A DNA stretch of 64,000 nucleotides from Squalus acanthias (lineage: Eukaryota), in assembly GCA_030390025.1 (NCBI GenBank), contig JASTWF010000034.1, forward strand, positions 62,001 to 126,000, read 5' to 3'. The number at the start of each line of letters is the position of its first letter. Positions within the stretch are counted from its first letter, which is position 1. Both the position numbers and the translations under genes were made by a program. This document shows positions 26,742-37,789 of the stretch, piece after piece. The notes beneath the pieces were generated by a model that did not search any database, was not told the DNA's origin, and worked only from the letters and a program-made list of their open reading frames with translations.

Positions 26742-27239
26742 TGATAAGGGGGAACCAGTGGATGTGTATTTGGATTTTCAGAAGGCTTTTGATAAAGTCC
26801 CACTCAAGAGGTTGTTAAACAAAATTAGGGCTCATGGGATTGGGGGTAATATACTAGCATGGATTGAGGATTGGTTAATGGACAGAAAACAGAGAGAAGG
26901 AATAAGCAGGTCATTTTTGGGTTGGCAGGCTGTAACTAGTGGGGTACTGCAAGGTTCAGTGCTTGGGCCTCAGCTATTCACAATCTGCATCAATGATTTG
27001 GATGAGGGGACCAAATGTAATATATCCAAGTTTGCTGATGATACAAAGCTGGGTGGAAATGTAAGTTGTGAGGAAGATGCAAAGAGGCTTCAAGGAGATA
27101 TAGACAGGCTAAGTGAGTGGGCAAGAACATGGCAAATGGAATATAATATGGAGAAATGTGAAGTTATCCACTTTGGTCAGAAAAATAGAAAAGCAGAATA
27201 TTTTTAAAATGGTGAGAGATTGGGAAATGTTGGTGTTAA

Positions 27240-27677
27240 AAACATAGAAACTAGGAGCAGGAGTAGGCCATTCGGCCCGTTGAGCCTGCTCCACCATTCA
27301 ATACGATCATGGCTGATCATCCAAATCCAGTACCCTGTCCCTGCTTTCTCACACAGAATCCCCATCGAGCCTGAACCGACACATATCCCACCCTATCCCC
27401 GTAACCCCACGTATTTAATTCCCCCTAACATATCCCATCCTATCCCCGTAACCCCACATATTTAATCCCCCCCCTAACACTAAGGGTCAATTTATCATAG
27501 CCAAATCAACCTAACCCGCACATTTTTGGACTGTGGGAGGAAACCGGAGCACCCGGCGGAAACCCACGCAGACACGGGGAGAATATGCAAACTCCACACA
27601 GACAGTCACCCGAGGCCAGATTCGAACCCGGGTCCCTGGCGCTGTGAGGCACCAGTGCTAACCACTATGCCACCGTG
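27240..27677 (-). mobile_element. V-SINE (HE1-like) with CR1-type 3' tail
   Basis: Reverse complement of the 26438 SINE family plus a CR1 tail. Confidence 0.88.
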
Positions 27678-28847
27678 TTCAGAGGGACCTGGGTGTCCTT
27701 GTACACGATTCACTGAAAGTTAACATGCAGGTACAGCAAGCAATTAGGAAAGCAAATGATATGTTGGCCTTTGTTACAAGAGGATTTGAGTATAAGAGTA
27801 AAGACGTCTTACTGCAATTATATAGGGCCCTGGTAAGACCACACCTGGAGTATTGTGTACAGTTTTGGTCTCCTTACCAAAGGAAGGTTATACTTGCCGT
27901 AGAGGGAGTGCAACGAAGGTTCACCGGACTGGTTCCTGCGATGGGGGGATTGTCCTATGAGGAGAAATTAAGTAGAATGGGCCTATATTCTCTAGAGTTT
28001 AGAAGAATGAGAAGTGATCTCATTGAAACATATAAAATTCTTACAGGGCTTGACAGGGTAGATGCAGGGAGGATGTTTCCCCTGGCTGGGGAGTCTAGAA
28101 CCAGGGGTCACAGTCTCAGAATAAGGGGTCAGCCATTTGGGACTGAGATGAGGAGAAATGTCTTCACTCAGAGGGTGGTGAATCTTTGGAATTCTCTACC
28201 CCAGGGAGCTATGGAGGCTCAGTCGTTGAATATATTCAAGATAGAGATCGATAGATTGTTGAATATTAAGGGAATCAAGGGATATGGGGATAGTGCAGGA
28301 AAGTGGAGATGAGGTAGAAGATCAGCAATGATATTGAATGGCGGAGCAGGCTCGAGGGCCCAAATGGCCCACTCCTGCTCCTATTTCTTATGTTCTTATG
28401 AAAGAAAGTTCCATAGAAACTAGAATTGTCTGTTCTGAATTTCTATCCTGTACTTACAGTGATGACTTTTGTAAACTCCTTTTACAGGGTATTAGAAGGG
28501 GAGGATTTACAGACGGGAAACTCAAACCAAATATCACCAAGATCTGACAGTCACTCGATTCATCAGGACCCGAATATCATCGGCCTTTGAATGTGGAAGG
28601 AGAAATGTTTGTCTGTTCTGTCTGTGGGAAAAAATTTCAAACATCAGTGTGACTGGAAAAGCACCGAGACACACACACCCGAGTGAGAGTGTTCCAGTGC
28701 ACTGACTGTGGAAAGAGCTTTAACCAGTTACACAGCCTGAAAAAACATCGCACCATTCACAGCGGGGAGAAACCGTACACGTGTTCTGTGTGTGGACGAG
28801 GCTTCAACTGATCGTCCAACCTGGAGAGACACAAGGACACCCGCACC

Positions 28848-29690
28848 ACGGAGAAACCCTGGAAATGTGGGGACTGTGGGAAGGGATTCAGCGCCCCGTC
28901 CCAGCTGGAAATTCATTGGCGCAGTCACACCGGGGAGAGGCCGTTCACCTGCTCCGTGTGTGGGAAGGGATTCACTTGTTCTTCCCACCTCACTGAACAC
29001 CAGCGAGTTCACACTGGAGAGAGACCATTCATCTGCTCTGTGTGTGGGAAAGGATTCATTAAATCATCTCACCATCTGAGACACCAATCTGTTCACACAG
29101 AGGAGAGGCCGTTCACCTGCTCCTTGTGCGGGAAGGGATTCTCAAATGCATCCACCCTTCTATCTCACCAGCGTTTTCACACTGAGGAGAGGCCATTCAC
29201 CTGCTCCGTGTGTGGGAAGGGATTCACTCTGTTATGCCACGTCACTGCACACCAACTTGTTCACACCAATAGGAGACCGTTTAAATGCTCTGACTGTGAG
29301 AAGCACTATAAAAGCAGAAAAGATCTGATGAAACACCAACGCACTCACACTGGGGAGAGGCCGTTCACCTGCTCCAAGTGTGGGAAGGGATTCACTCGTT
29401 CATCCCATGTGCTGAGACACCAGCGAGTTCACACTGGGGAGAGGCCGTTCACCTGCTCTGTGTGTGGGAAGGGATTCACTCGGTCATCCAGCCTGCTGAC
29501 ACACCAGCGAGTTCACACTGGAGAGAGACCGTTCACCTGCTCCGTGTGTGGGAAGGGTTTCACTTGGTCATCCACCCTGCTGAATCACCAGCGAGTTCAC
29601 ACTGGGGAGAGGCCGTTCACCTGCTCCGTGTGTGGGAAGGGATTCACTCGGTCATCCAACCTGTTGAATCACCAGCGAGTTCACGACTGA
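28848..29690 (+). CDS. C2H2 zinc-finger protein, ~10 fingers (class A, copy 3); start uncertain (ACG 28848, first in-frame ATG 29328)
   Basis: Open frame [14 protein letters not shown]...HQRVHD* with HTGERPF linkers; exon acceptor ends 28487; in-frame TGA at 28650 and 28809 upstream; AATAAA 29811. Confidence 0.7.
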   Translation, partial: TEKPWKCGDCGKGFSAPSQLEIHWRSHTGERPFTCSVCGKGFTCSSHLTEHQRVHTGERPFICSVCGKGFIKSSHHLRHQSVHTEERPFTCSLCGKGFSNASTLLSHQRFHTEERPFTCSVCGKGFTLLCHVTAHQLVHTNRRPFKCSDCEKHYKSRKDLMKHQRTHTGERPFTCSKCGKGFTRSSHVLRHQRVHTGERPFTCSVCGKGFTRSSSLLTHQRVHTGERPFTCSVCGKGFTWSSTLLNHQRVHTGERPFTCSVCGKGFTRSSNLLNHQRVHD

Positions 29691-29934
29691 CTGCAGGGGT
29701 TGGATTCTGCTGTTGTTGCCGCTTATAATCACATCCAGGACTGAACGATGTTCATTCTGACAATTGGGGTTTGTTTCCTCTATAACTGGGCTGGAGTTTA
29801 ATATCTGACAAATAAATCAACTTTGTTTCGAACACACAGTGTGTCGAGTCCTTGATTTCTCCCATAATAAGAGGAGACTAATTGTTGTCCTGTTACCGAC
29901 TCTTCCTTTTTTGGGTCGTTTCTCCTTTGTTAAA

Positions 29935-30320
29935 TAAAGACTTGTATTTATGCAGCACCTCACACGACCTCAGGACGTCCCAAAGTGCTTTACAGCCAAT
30001 GAAGTACAACAACATCAAAGTAAATTTGAAGAGCATTCACTGTTGCAGGAAATGCAGCAGCCAATTTGCGCACAGCAAGCTGCCGCGAACAGCAATGTGA
30101 TAATGGCCAAACAATCTGTTTTAGTGATGTTGATTGAGGGCTGATGGGGCCTCGGCTCAACAACTCATCCAAAAGATGGCACCTCTGACAGTGCCGCACT
30201 CCCTCAGTACTGCATTGGAGTGTCGGTCCAGATTTTGTGCTCAAGTCTCTGGAGGTGGGCTTGATCCCACAACCTCCTGACTCAGAGACGAGAGTGCTCC
30301 CACTGAGCCTCGACTAACAC
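29935..30320 (-). mobile_element. Deu-domain SINE (SacSINE1-like)
   Basis: Reverse complement has a tRNA-like head and the GCACTGTCAGAGGTGCCATCTTTTGGATGAG core. Confidence 0.75.
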
Positions 30321-30450
30321 CCGATCATTACCCTAGATTATTTCAGTTCTCATACCTTTGGTTACTCTCATGGACAAGTTCCAGCTCCCCATATCATCCA
30401 GGGTGCCTCTCCCAGCCTTGGTATCCAGAAAAGATATCGATAACACACCC

Positions 30451-30860
30451 CTGTACCTGCCCTGGGAGTGTTTGATGGGACAGTGTAGAGGGAGCTTTAC
30501 TCTGTATCTAACCCGTGCTGTACCTGCCCTGGGAGTGTTTGATGGGACAGTGTAGAGAGAGCTTTACTCTGTATCTAACCCGTGCTGTATTGCCCTGGGA
30601 GTGTTTGATGGGACAGTGTAGAGGGAGCTTTACTCTGTATCTAACCCGTGCTGTAACTGCCCTGGGAGTGTTTGATGGGACAGTGTAGAGGGAGCTTTAC
30701 TCTGTATATAACCTGTGCTGTACCTGCCCTGGGAGTGTTTGATGGGACAGTGTAGAGGGAGCTTTACTGTGTATCTAACCCGTGCTGTACCTACCCTGGG
30801 AGTGTTTGATGGGACAGTGTAGAGGGAGCTTTACTCTCTATCTAACCCGTGCTGTACCTG
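30451..30860 (+). repeat. 67-bp satellite, ~6 copies
   Basis: Unit CTGTACCTGCCCTGGGAGTGTTTGATGGGACAGTGTAGAGGGAGCTTTACTCTGTATCTAACCCGTG; period seen at 30451 and 30518. Confidence 0.93.
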
Positions 30861-31490
30861 ACTGGAGAGTGCTTCAGGCAGACACTCGGTGCTCAGAACA
30901 CCCCATTCCCCAGCACTGACATCCATCAGCTCTGTGAGAACATTTAACCCAAAGATAAGAGAAACCCCTCAGTTTCTCCCCGGACACAGATCCGGAGGGG
31001 CAGTGAGTGTCCTGAACATTTTTGTACGGTGTGCTCGATAGTTCATCCCTGGGTCTGAGCCTTTTGGTGATGATTTGAATTTGATGCCCTCTCGTTCCTG
31101 ACTCACCGACTGGTGGAAATAGATTTTCCTCATTTACCTGATCAAATTCTGAACACCTCGCTCAGATCTCCAATTACCCTTTGTTCTAATGAAAAGAGCC
31201 CCAGTTTCTCTAATCTCTCCTGATAACTAAAGGCTCTCTTCCCTGGTATCATCTCAGTGAATCTCTCTGCACCCTCTCCACGGCCTTGACATCCTTCCTG
31301 GTGTAAGATGCCCCAAAACTTGACCCAATATTCGAACTGCAGCCTAACCAATGATTTGTACAGGTTTACATGACCTCTGCCCTTTTGTACTCTCCACCCC
31401 TATTTATAAAACCGAGGATCCCTCGTGCTTTTTTAAACTACTTTATCAACTTGTCCTCCCACTTTTAAAGGTTTGTGTATCTGAACCGCT

Positions 31491-32269
31491 TGTAGGTTTT
31501 AGAGATATTAACATAACATGGTTAAAATACATTGTCATAAAATGTCTGATATAATGTGTATTGTGGGAAAGAGAAGTTTAGTCTGAGTTAGAAACTCAAA
31601 CAGGCGATTCACTGCAGACAGGTCGCCATGGCAACACTGATAAGACATTCCATTCACTGAATCGACTGGTTGGAATCTGTAATCAGATCAGGGGAAAGAA
31701 CAGGGTTTGTCTGTTATTAACCACAATATAAGCTTAAACCAGAGTGAGTAATAGAATAGACTAGATTATAATGTGTGATGTTTATACCTATCATTGTGAA
31801 ACTGTAAGAAATAACATAATTAACAGCAGGCAGGGTAGTTTAGGGATAATGAGAAAATTACTGAAGAAAAGTCACTGCTGGGATCCATGGAATGTGTCCT
31901 TGTAAATCACAGATTAGAGAAATTCCAGCTGTCTTTCTCACTTCCTGCCAAAACCCAGAGTCCGGTGCCAGAGATGAATCACTGCAGGGTATAAAAGTGA
32001 GGGGATCCTGATGTAAGGGGGCAGTCGGGACTGGAGACACCAGAGATCAAGCTCAGGGCGCCCGAGGTTCCATCCAGCGGGCTGACCTCGTGTAAGTTAC
32101 TGTGGACACGCGGGACTTGCATGTTTGCTGTGATAGAGGATCACTATAAGGTACGGTAGAGGGCAGATAATCTGCTCATCTTATATTTCTTAATAAGGTA
32201 TTAAAGATGCTGAGACTAGACTCTCGATCCTGCTAATTAATAAGACAAGGCGTTAGCTCGAATCTTACA
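31491..32269 (+). mobile_element. Solo LTR (~780 bp) inserted in a CR1 fragment
   Basis: TGTA...TACA ends; flanks CCGCT / CCTCT (5-bp TSD with one mismatch); TATAAAA ~31990; ATTAAA ~32200; related 3' piece at ~12935-13084. Confidence 0.7.
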
Positions 32270-32359
32270 CCTCTTTAAAGTTCTACTCTTCTACTCCTTT
32301 TAAACATTTCCCATTTAGTGTATATTTTATCTTTTTCTGACTCACAAAAGGCATCAAGA

Positions 32360-33835
32360 GGTCCCAGCGAACTGCAAATCCGCAAATGTAACGCCCCTAT
32401 TTAAGAAGGGAGGGAGACAGAAAGCAGGAAACTATAGACCAGTTAGCCTAACATCTGTCATTGGGAAAATGCTGGAGTCCATCATTAAGGAAGTGATAGC
32501 AGGACATTTAGAAAATCATAATATAGTCAAGCAGAGTCAGCATGGTGTTATGAAAGGGAAATCATGTTTGACAAATTTGCTAGACTTCTTTCAGGATGTA
32601 ACGAGCAGGGTGGACAAAGGGGAACCAGTAGATGTCGTGTATTTGGATTTGCAGAAGGCATTAGATAAGGTGCCACATAAAAGGTTACTGCACAAGATAA
32701 GAGCTCGCGGGTTGGAGGTAATATATTAGCATGGATAGGGGATTGGCTAACTAACAGAAAGCAGAGAGTTGGGATAAATGGGTAATTTTCAGGTTGGCAA
32801 ACTGTAACTAGTGGGGTGCCTCAGGGATCAGTGCTGGGGCCTCAACTATTTACAATCTATATTAATGACTTGGATGAAGGGACTGAGTGTAATGTACCAA
32901 ATTTGCTGATGATACAAAGATAGGTGGGAAAGCAATTTGTGTGGAGGACGTAAAGAATCTCCAAAGGGATATAGATAGGCTAAGTGAGTGGGCAAAAATC
33001 TGACAGATGGAGTTTAATGTGGAAATATGCGAGGTTATCCACTTTGGTAGCAAAAATAAAAAAGCAAATTATTATTTAAATGGGGAGAGATTACAAAATG
33101 CTGAGGTACAGAGGGATCTGGGGGTCCTTGTACATGAATCATAAAAAGTTAGCATGCAGGTACAGCAAGTAATTAGGAAGGCAAATGGAGTGTTGGCCTT
33201 TATTGCAAAGGGAATGGAGTATAAAAGTAGCAAAGTCCTGTTACAACTGTACAGGGTTGATGAGACCACACCTGGAGTACTGCATACAGTTTTGGTCTCC
33301 TTATTTAAGGAAGAATATACTTGCATTGGAGGCAGTTCAGAGAAAGTTCAGTAGGTTGATTCTGGAGATGAAGGGGTTGACTTATGAAGAAAGGTTGAGC
33401 AGGTTGGGCCTATACTCATTGGAGTTTAGAAGAATGAGAGGGGATCTTATTGAAACATATAAGATTCTGAAGGGGCTCGACAGGGTAGATGCAGAGAGGA
33501 TGTTTCCCCTCGTGGGGGAATCTAGAACTAGGGGGCATAGTTTCAGAATAAGGGGCCACCCATTTAAATCGGAAATGAGGAGGAATTTCTTCACTCAGAG
33601 GGTCGTGAATCGTTGGAATTCTCTGCCCCAGAGAGCTGTGGAGGCTGGGTCATTGAATATATTTAAGGTGGAGATAGAGAGATTTTTGAATGGTAAGGGA
33701 GTGAAGGGTTATGGGGAGCGGGCAGGGAAGTGGAGTTGAGGCCAAGATCAGATCAGCCATGATCTTATTGAATGACGGAGCAGGCTCGAGGGGCCGAATG
33801 ACCTACTCCTGCTACTACATCTTATGTTCTTATGT
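32360..33835 (+). mobile_element. 5'-truncated degraded CR1 LINE (RT and tail)
   Basis: Broken RT ORFs at 32469, 33154 and 33185; TTCTTATG tail. Confidence 0.9.
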
Positions 33836-33932
33836 TATTATCAACTCATTTTTCTAAGCATGAAATTTAATTTGACATCTACCCGCCCCATATACGAACC
33901 TGTGTATTCACACTGAAGTCAATTACAGTCCT

Positions 33933-36241
33933 GGAAAAACTCAGCAGGCCAGGCAGCATCCGTGGAGAGAGAAACAGAGTTAACGTTTCAGGTCGAAGAC
34001 CTTTCGTCAGAACTGGAAAAAGCAGGAAATGAAATAGATTTAAAGCAAGGATAAAGCTGGGAAAAGGGGGAGGGGATGAAAGAACAAAAGGAGAGATTAA
34101 GAGACATTGAGAGACTTTAAGAGATTATCAAGGCAAGAGGAGGTGTTAATGTGACAGGTTGAGGCTAAAAGAAGTGTGAAATGCCTGGCAGAATGAAGGA
34201 CAGCTGCCAGCTGATTTCCCCCCCACGGCCACCAACCTCATAGTTCCCCAACCCCACACAGCCCGCTTCTACCTCCTTCCCAAGATCCACAAACAGGACT
34301 GCCCCGGTAGACCCATCGTTTCAGCCTGTTCTTGCCCCACGGAACTTATCTCTTCCTATCTCGACTCTATTTTTTCTCCCGTTGTCCAGTCTCTTCCCAC
34401 CTACATTCGGGACTCTTCCGATGCCCTCCGTCACTTTAACAGTTTCCAGTTTCCTGGCCCCAACCGCCTCCTTTTCACTATGGACGTACAATCCCTCTAC
34501 ACCTCCATCCCCCACCAGGATGGCCTGAGGGCGCTCCGCTTCTTCCTTGAACAGAGGCCCAACCAGTCCCCATCCACCACCACCCTCCTCCGCCTGGCTG
34601 AACTTGTTCTCACATTGAACAACTTCTCCTTTGACGCCACCCATTTCCTCCAAATTAAAGGTGTTGCTATGGGTACCCGCATGGGTCCTAGCTATGCCTG
34701 CCTTTTCGTGGGATATGTGGAACACTCTTTGTTCCAGTCCTACTCGGGTCCCCTCCCTCACCTCTTTTTCCGGTACATTGATGACTGTATCGGTGCCGTC
34801 TCCTGCTCTCGCCCTGAACTAGAACATTTCATTCACTATGCTTCCAATTTCCACCCTTCCCTCAGCTTCACATGGTCCATCTCCGACTCTTCCCTTCCCT
34901 TCCTCGACTTCTCGTCTCCATCTCTGGGGATAGGTTATTGACTAACATTCACTGCAAGCCCACTGACTCCCACAACTACCTGGACTACACTTCCTCCCAC
35001 CCCGCCTCCTGTAAGGACTCTATTCCATTCTCCCAGTTTCTCTGTCTCCGCTGCATCTGCTCTGATGATGCCACCTTCCATACCAGTGCTTCCGACATGT
35101 CTTCCTTTTTCCTCAACCAAGGATTCCCCTCTGCTGTGGTCGACACGGCCCTCGACCGTGTCCATTCTATCTCCCGCACTTCTGCCCTCACCCCTACCCC
35201 TCCCTCCCGGAACCACGATAGAGTTCCCCTTGTCCTCACCTTTCACCCCACCAGCCTCCACATTCAACGGATCATCCTCCGCCATTTCCGCCACCTCCAG
35301 CGTGATCCCACCACCAAATGCATCTTCCCCTCACCTCCCCTTTCAAAATTCCGCAGGGACCGCTCCCTCCGCGACACCCTAGTCCACTCCTCTACCACCC
35401 CCAGCACCCCTTCCCCTTCGCCCGGCACCTTCCCGTGCAAGTGCAGGAGATGCAACACATGCCCTTATACCTCCCCTCTTCCGATTGTCCAGGGCCCCAA
35501 ACACCCCTTCCAGGTGAAACAGCGATTTACTTGTACTTCCTGCAATTTAGTATACTGTATTCGCTGCTCACGATGTGGTCTCCTCTACATTGGGGAGACC
35601 AAACGCAGATTGGGTGACCGCTTTGCGGAACACCTCCGTTCAGTCCGTAAGGGGGACCCCGAGTTCCCGGTGGCCTGTCACTTTAATTCTCCGCTCCACT
35701 CCCACTCTGACCTCACCGTCCTCGGCCTATTACACTGTTCCACGGAAGCTCAGCGTAAGCTCGAGGAACAGCACCTCATCTTTCGTTTAGGCACCCTACA
35801 GCCCTCTGGACTCAATATCGAGTTCAACAATTTTAGATCATAACCTCAGCTCCTATCACATTAATATTTTATTTTTTCATCCACCCTTTTATTTGGCCCC
35901 CCCTTTTTTTCCCTCCTAGAAGCTGGCAGCTGTCCTTCATTCTGCCAGTGCATTTCACACTTCTTTTAGCCTCAACCTGTCACATTAACACCTCCTCTTG
36001 CCTTGATCATCTCTTAATGTCTCTTAATCTCTCCTTTTGTTCTTTCATCCCCTCCCCCTTTTCCCAGCTTTATCCTTGCTTTAAATCTATTTCATTTCCT
36101 GCTTTTTCCAGTTCTGACGAAAGGTCTTCGACCTGAAACGTTAACTCTGTTTCTCTCTCCACGGATGATGCCTGGCCTGCTGAGTTTTTCCAGCGTTTTC
36201 TGTTGTTATTTCGGATTTCCAGCATCCGCAGTATTTTGCTA
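33933..36241 (+). mobile_element. Penelope-like element (Neptune-type, family 1), 5'-truncated with inverted pLTR; frameshifted RT and GIY-YIG
   Basis: MDVQSLYTSIPH, GVAMGT, RYIDD, Cys linker CKCRRCNTC, VYCIRC...YIGET; 33933-34212 is the inverse of ~35921-36193; 14-bp TSD TCAATTACAGTCCT at 33919 and 36242. Confidence 0.92.
36110..36146 (+). ncRNA. Minimal type I hammerhead ribozyme in the Penelope tail (copies: 33978-34014 -, 11225-11261 +, 56084-56120 -; degenerate at 50980 + and ~21611 -)
   Basis: AGTT-CTGACGA-A-AGGTC TTC GACCT-GAAA-CGTT-AACT: CUGANGA/GAAA core, stem II hairpin, palindromic stem III AACGTT, stem I AGTT/AACT. Confidence 0.8.
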
Positions 36242-36769
36242 TCAATTACAGTCCTCTTCACAGGTGGCCATGCTCCCTATTTCAGCCTCGTCTGGTGAAT
36301 TTGACCTTGTGCCCCATAAACCCAAGCCCAGCTCATTTAGTTATATTGAGAAGAGCAATGGTTCCAACACTGACCCTGGGTGACACCACTGTGTACATCC
36401 CTCCAGTCTGAAGAACATCCATTACCCACTACTCTCTGTTTTCTGCCCTTTACCCAACTTCCTATCCACGCTGCCCCACTCCCTTTAATACCGTGAGCCT
36501 TATTTGATCAACAAACCTCCTGTCCGGCACCTTATCAAACACCTTTTGACAATCCATCTCCACAACATCCACTGCATTTCCTTTCTCACTACACTGTGTT
36601 ATTGCCTGAAATAATCCCTGCTGTCTGTCCTGAATGAATCCATTTCACTGCCAAATGTTGCAATGTTTGCTCCACACCACAGGGTTCCATCTGTTTAAAG
36701 CCACAACAGAAAGGTCCAGTTTCCTCCTGGAGTTTGAGAGAAATCAGGTTTGAAAATGATGCAGAGTTT

Positions 36770-37099
36770 CAGCCAATGAGGGAGCTCCGGGCTGAGCCCC
36801 GCCCACTGGGTGCCGCAAGCCCCGCCCCTCACACACTCCGATTGGTTGGAGGACCCGCTGCCCGCTCGGTCCTCCAGTCCCGCCCCGCTCTTCCTATTGG
36901 TCCGAGCTCCCGTCAATCACCCGGGCAGTGTGAGCTGAGCATGCGCGGACCTTGGCAGCAGCCGCTGACACATCAGGTGAGAGCGCTCAGGGAGCGGGTT
37001 AATAAACCCCGGGGGGATGCGGGCTGCACACACCCCGAGTGCGGCCCCAGGCCCCATTATTAAAACACTCCACATTATCCGCCTCACAAACACCCGGGG
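36770..37099 (+). promoter_or_regulatory. Third copy of the promoter module
   Basis: Near-identical to 11665-11980. Confidence 0.7.
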
Positions 37100-37789
37100 G
37101 AGGACAGACAGAGGCAGAGGCTGAGGCTGCGAGATTCTCAGCTTAACTCGGTGCTGTGTGAACAGGTGAGCGCCACACCCCGGCTACTTGCGGGGAATGC
37201 CGGTGCGGAGGGCCCGGTGCAGAAGGCCCAAGGTGGAAGACCCGGAGGAGAGTGGCCTGGGCGGGGGGCCCAGCACGGAGAACCCCAGGCGGGGGGCCCA
37301 GGGCGGGGCGGCTGGTCGGCAGAGGTGGAGTCGGGAGATGTGGTTGGTGAGCATTGCTGCACTGGTTCTAAAAGTTGCAGAATGGTTTCGGGCCTGAATG
37401 AGTTCCAGCGGCCCAGCATCTGCTCTGCCTGGCGGCAGCTGTGAGGCTTTTTCTTGGACATGGGACCGGTTTATGCGTCGCCATATTGGTGAAGGAAAGA
37501 CAAACTGTTTCCATCTGTAATGGGGCGCGTGAGCGGTTACAAGATGGAAAATGTGAATGGTTAAAAGACGGAAAATAAAAGGAGAGTAAAAGACAGAGCA
37601 AAGTAATATCAGTAAGGAATGATGAGTATTCTTTGATGGTTGGGTCCTGTGAGCAATAACAGCATGCAGAAGAAGATTTGAGTGTTCGGTCATTTTACGG
37701 GATTTCAGGAAGTGGATGGCTTCTTTTTCCGTGGAAGGGCTGAAGACTGTGGACAAGGACTATGATTTTACATGGTTCGACAACATCAA

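Larger units (their letters stand above)
23659..28399 (+). mobile_element. Near full-length degraded CR1 LINE (ORF1 zinc-finger/esterase, ORF2 APE-RT) in the ZNF intron, containing two SINEs
   Basis: ORF1 CRNC...CSKC, LPGARVKDI, VVHVETND; ORF2 YLNARSI, GDFN, SDHN and RT motifs with frameshifts. Flanks AATAAGAG and GAAAGAA rejoin as at 58029-58045. Confidence 0.92.

Noticed and set aside
37184..37756. 190-aa minus ORF with a faint Merlin/IS1595-like N-terminus (EKEAIHFLKSRK)
   Set aside because: No Cys-ribbon or DDE motifs and no TIRs; not supportable without a profile search.
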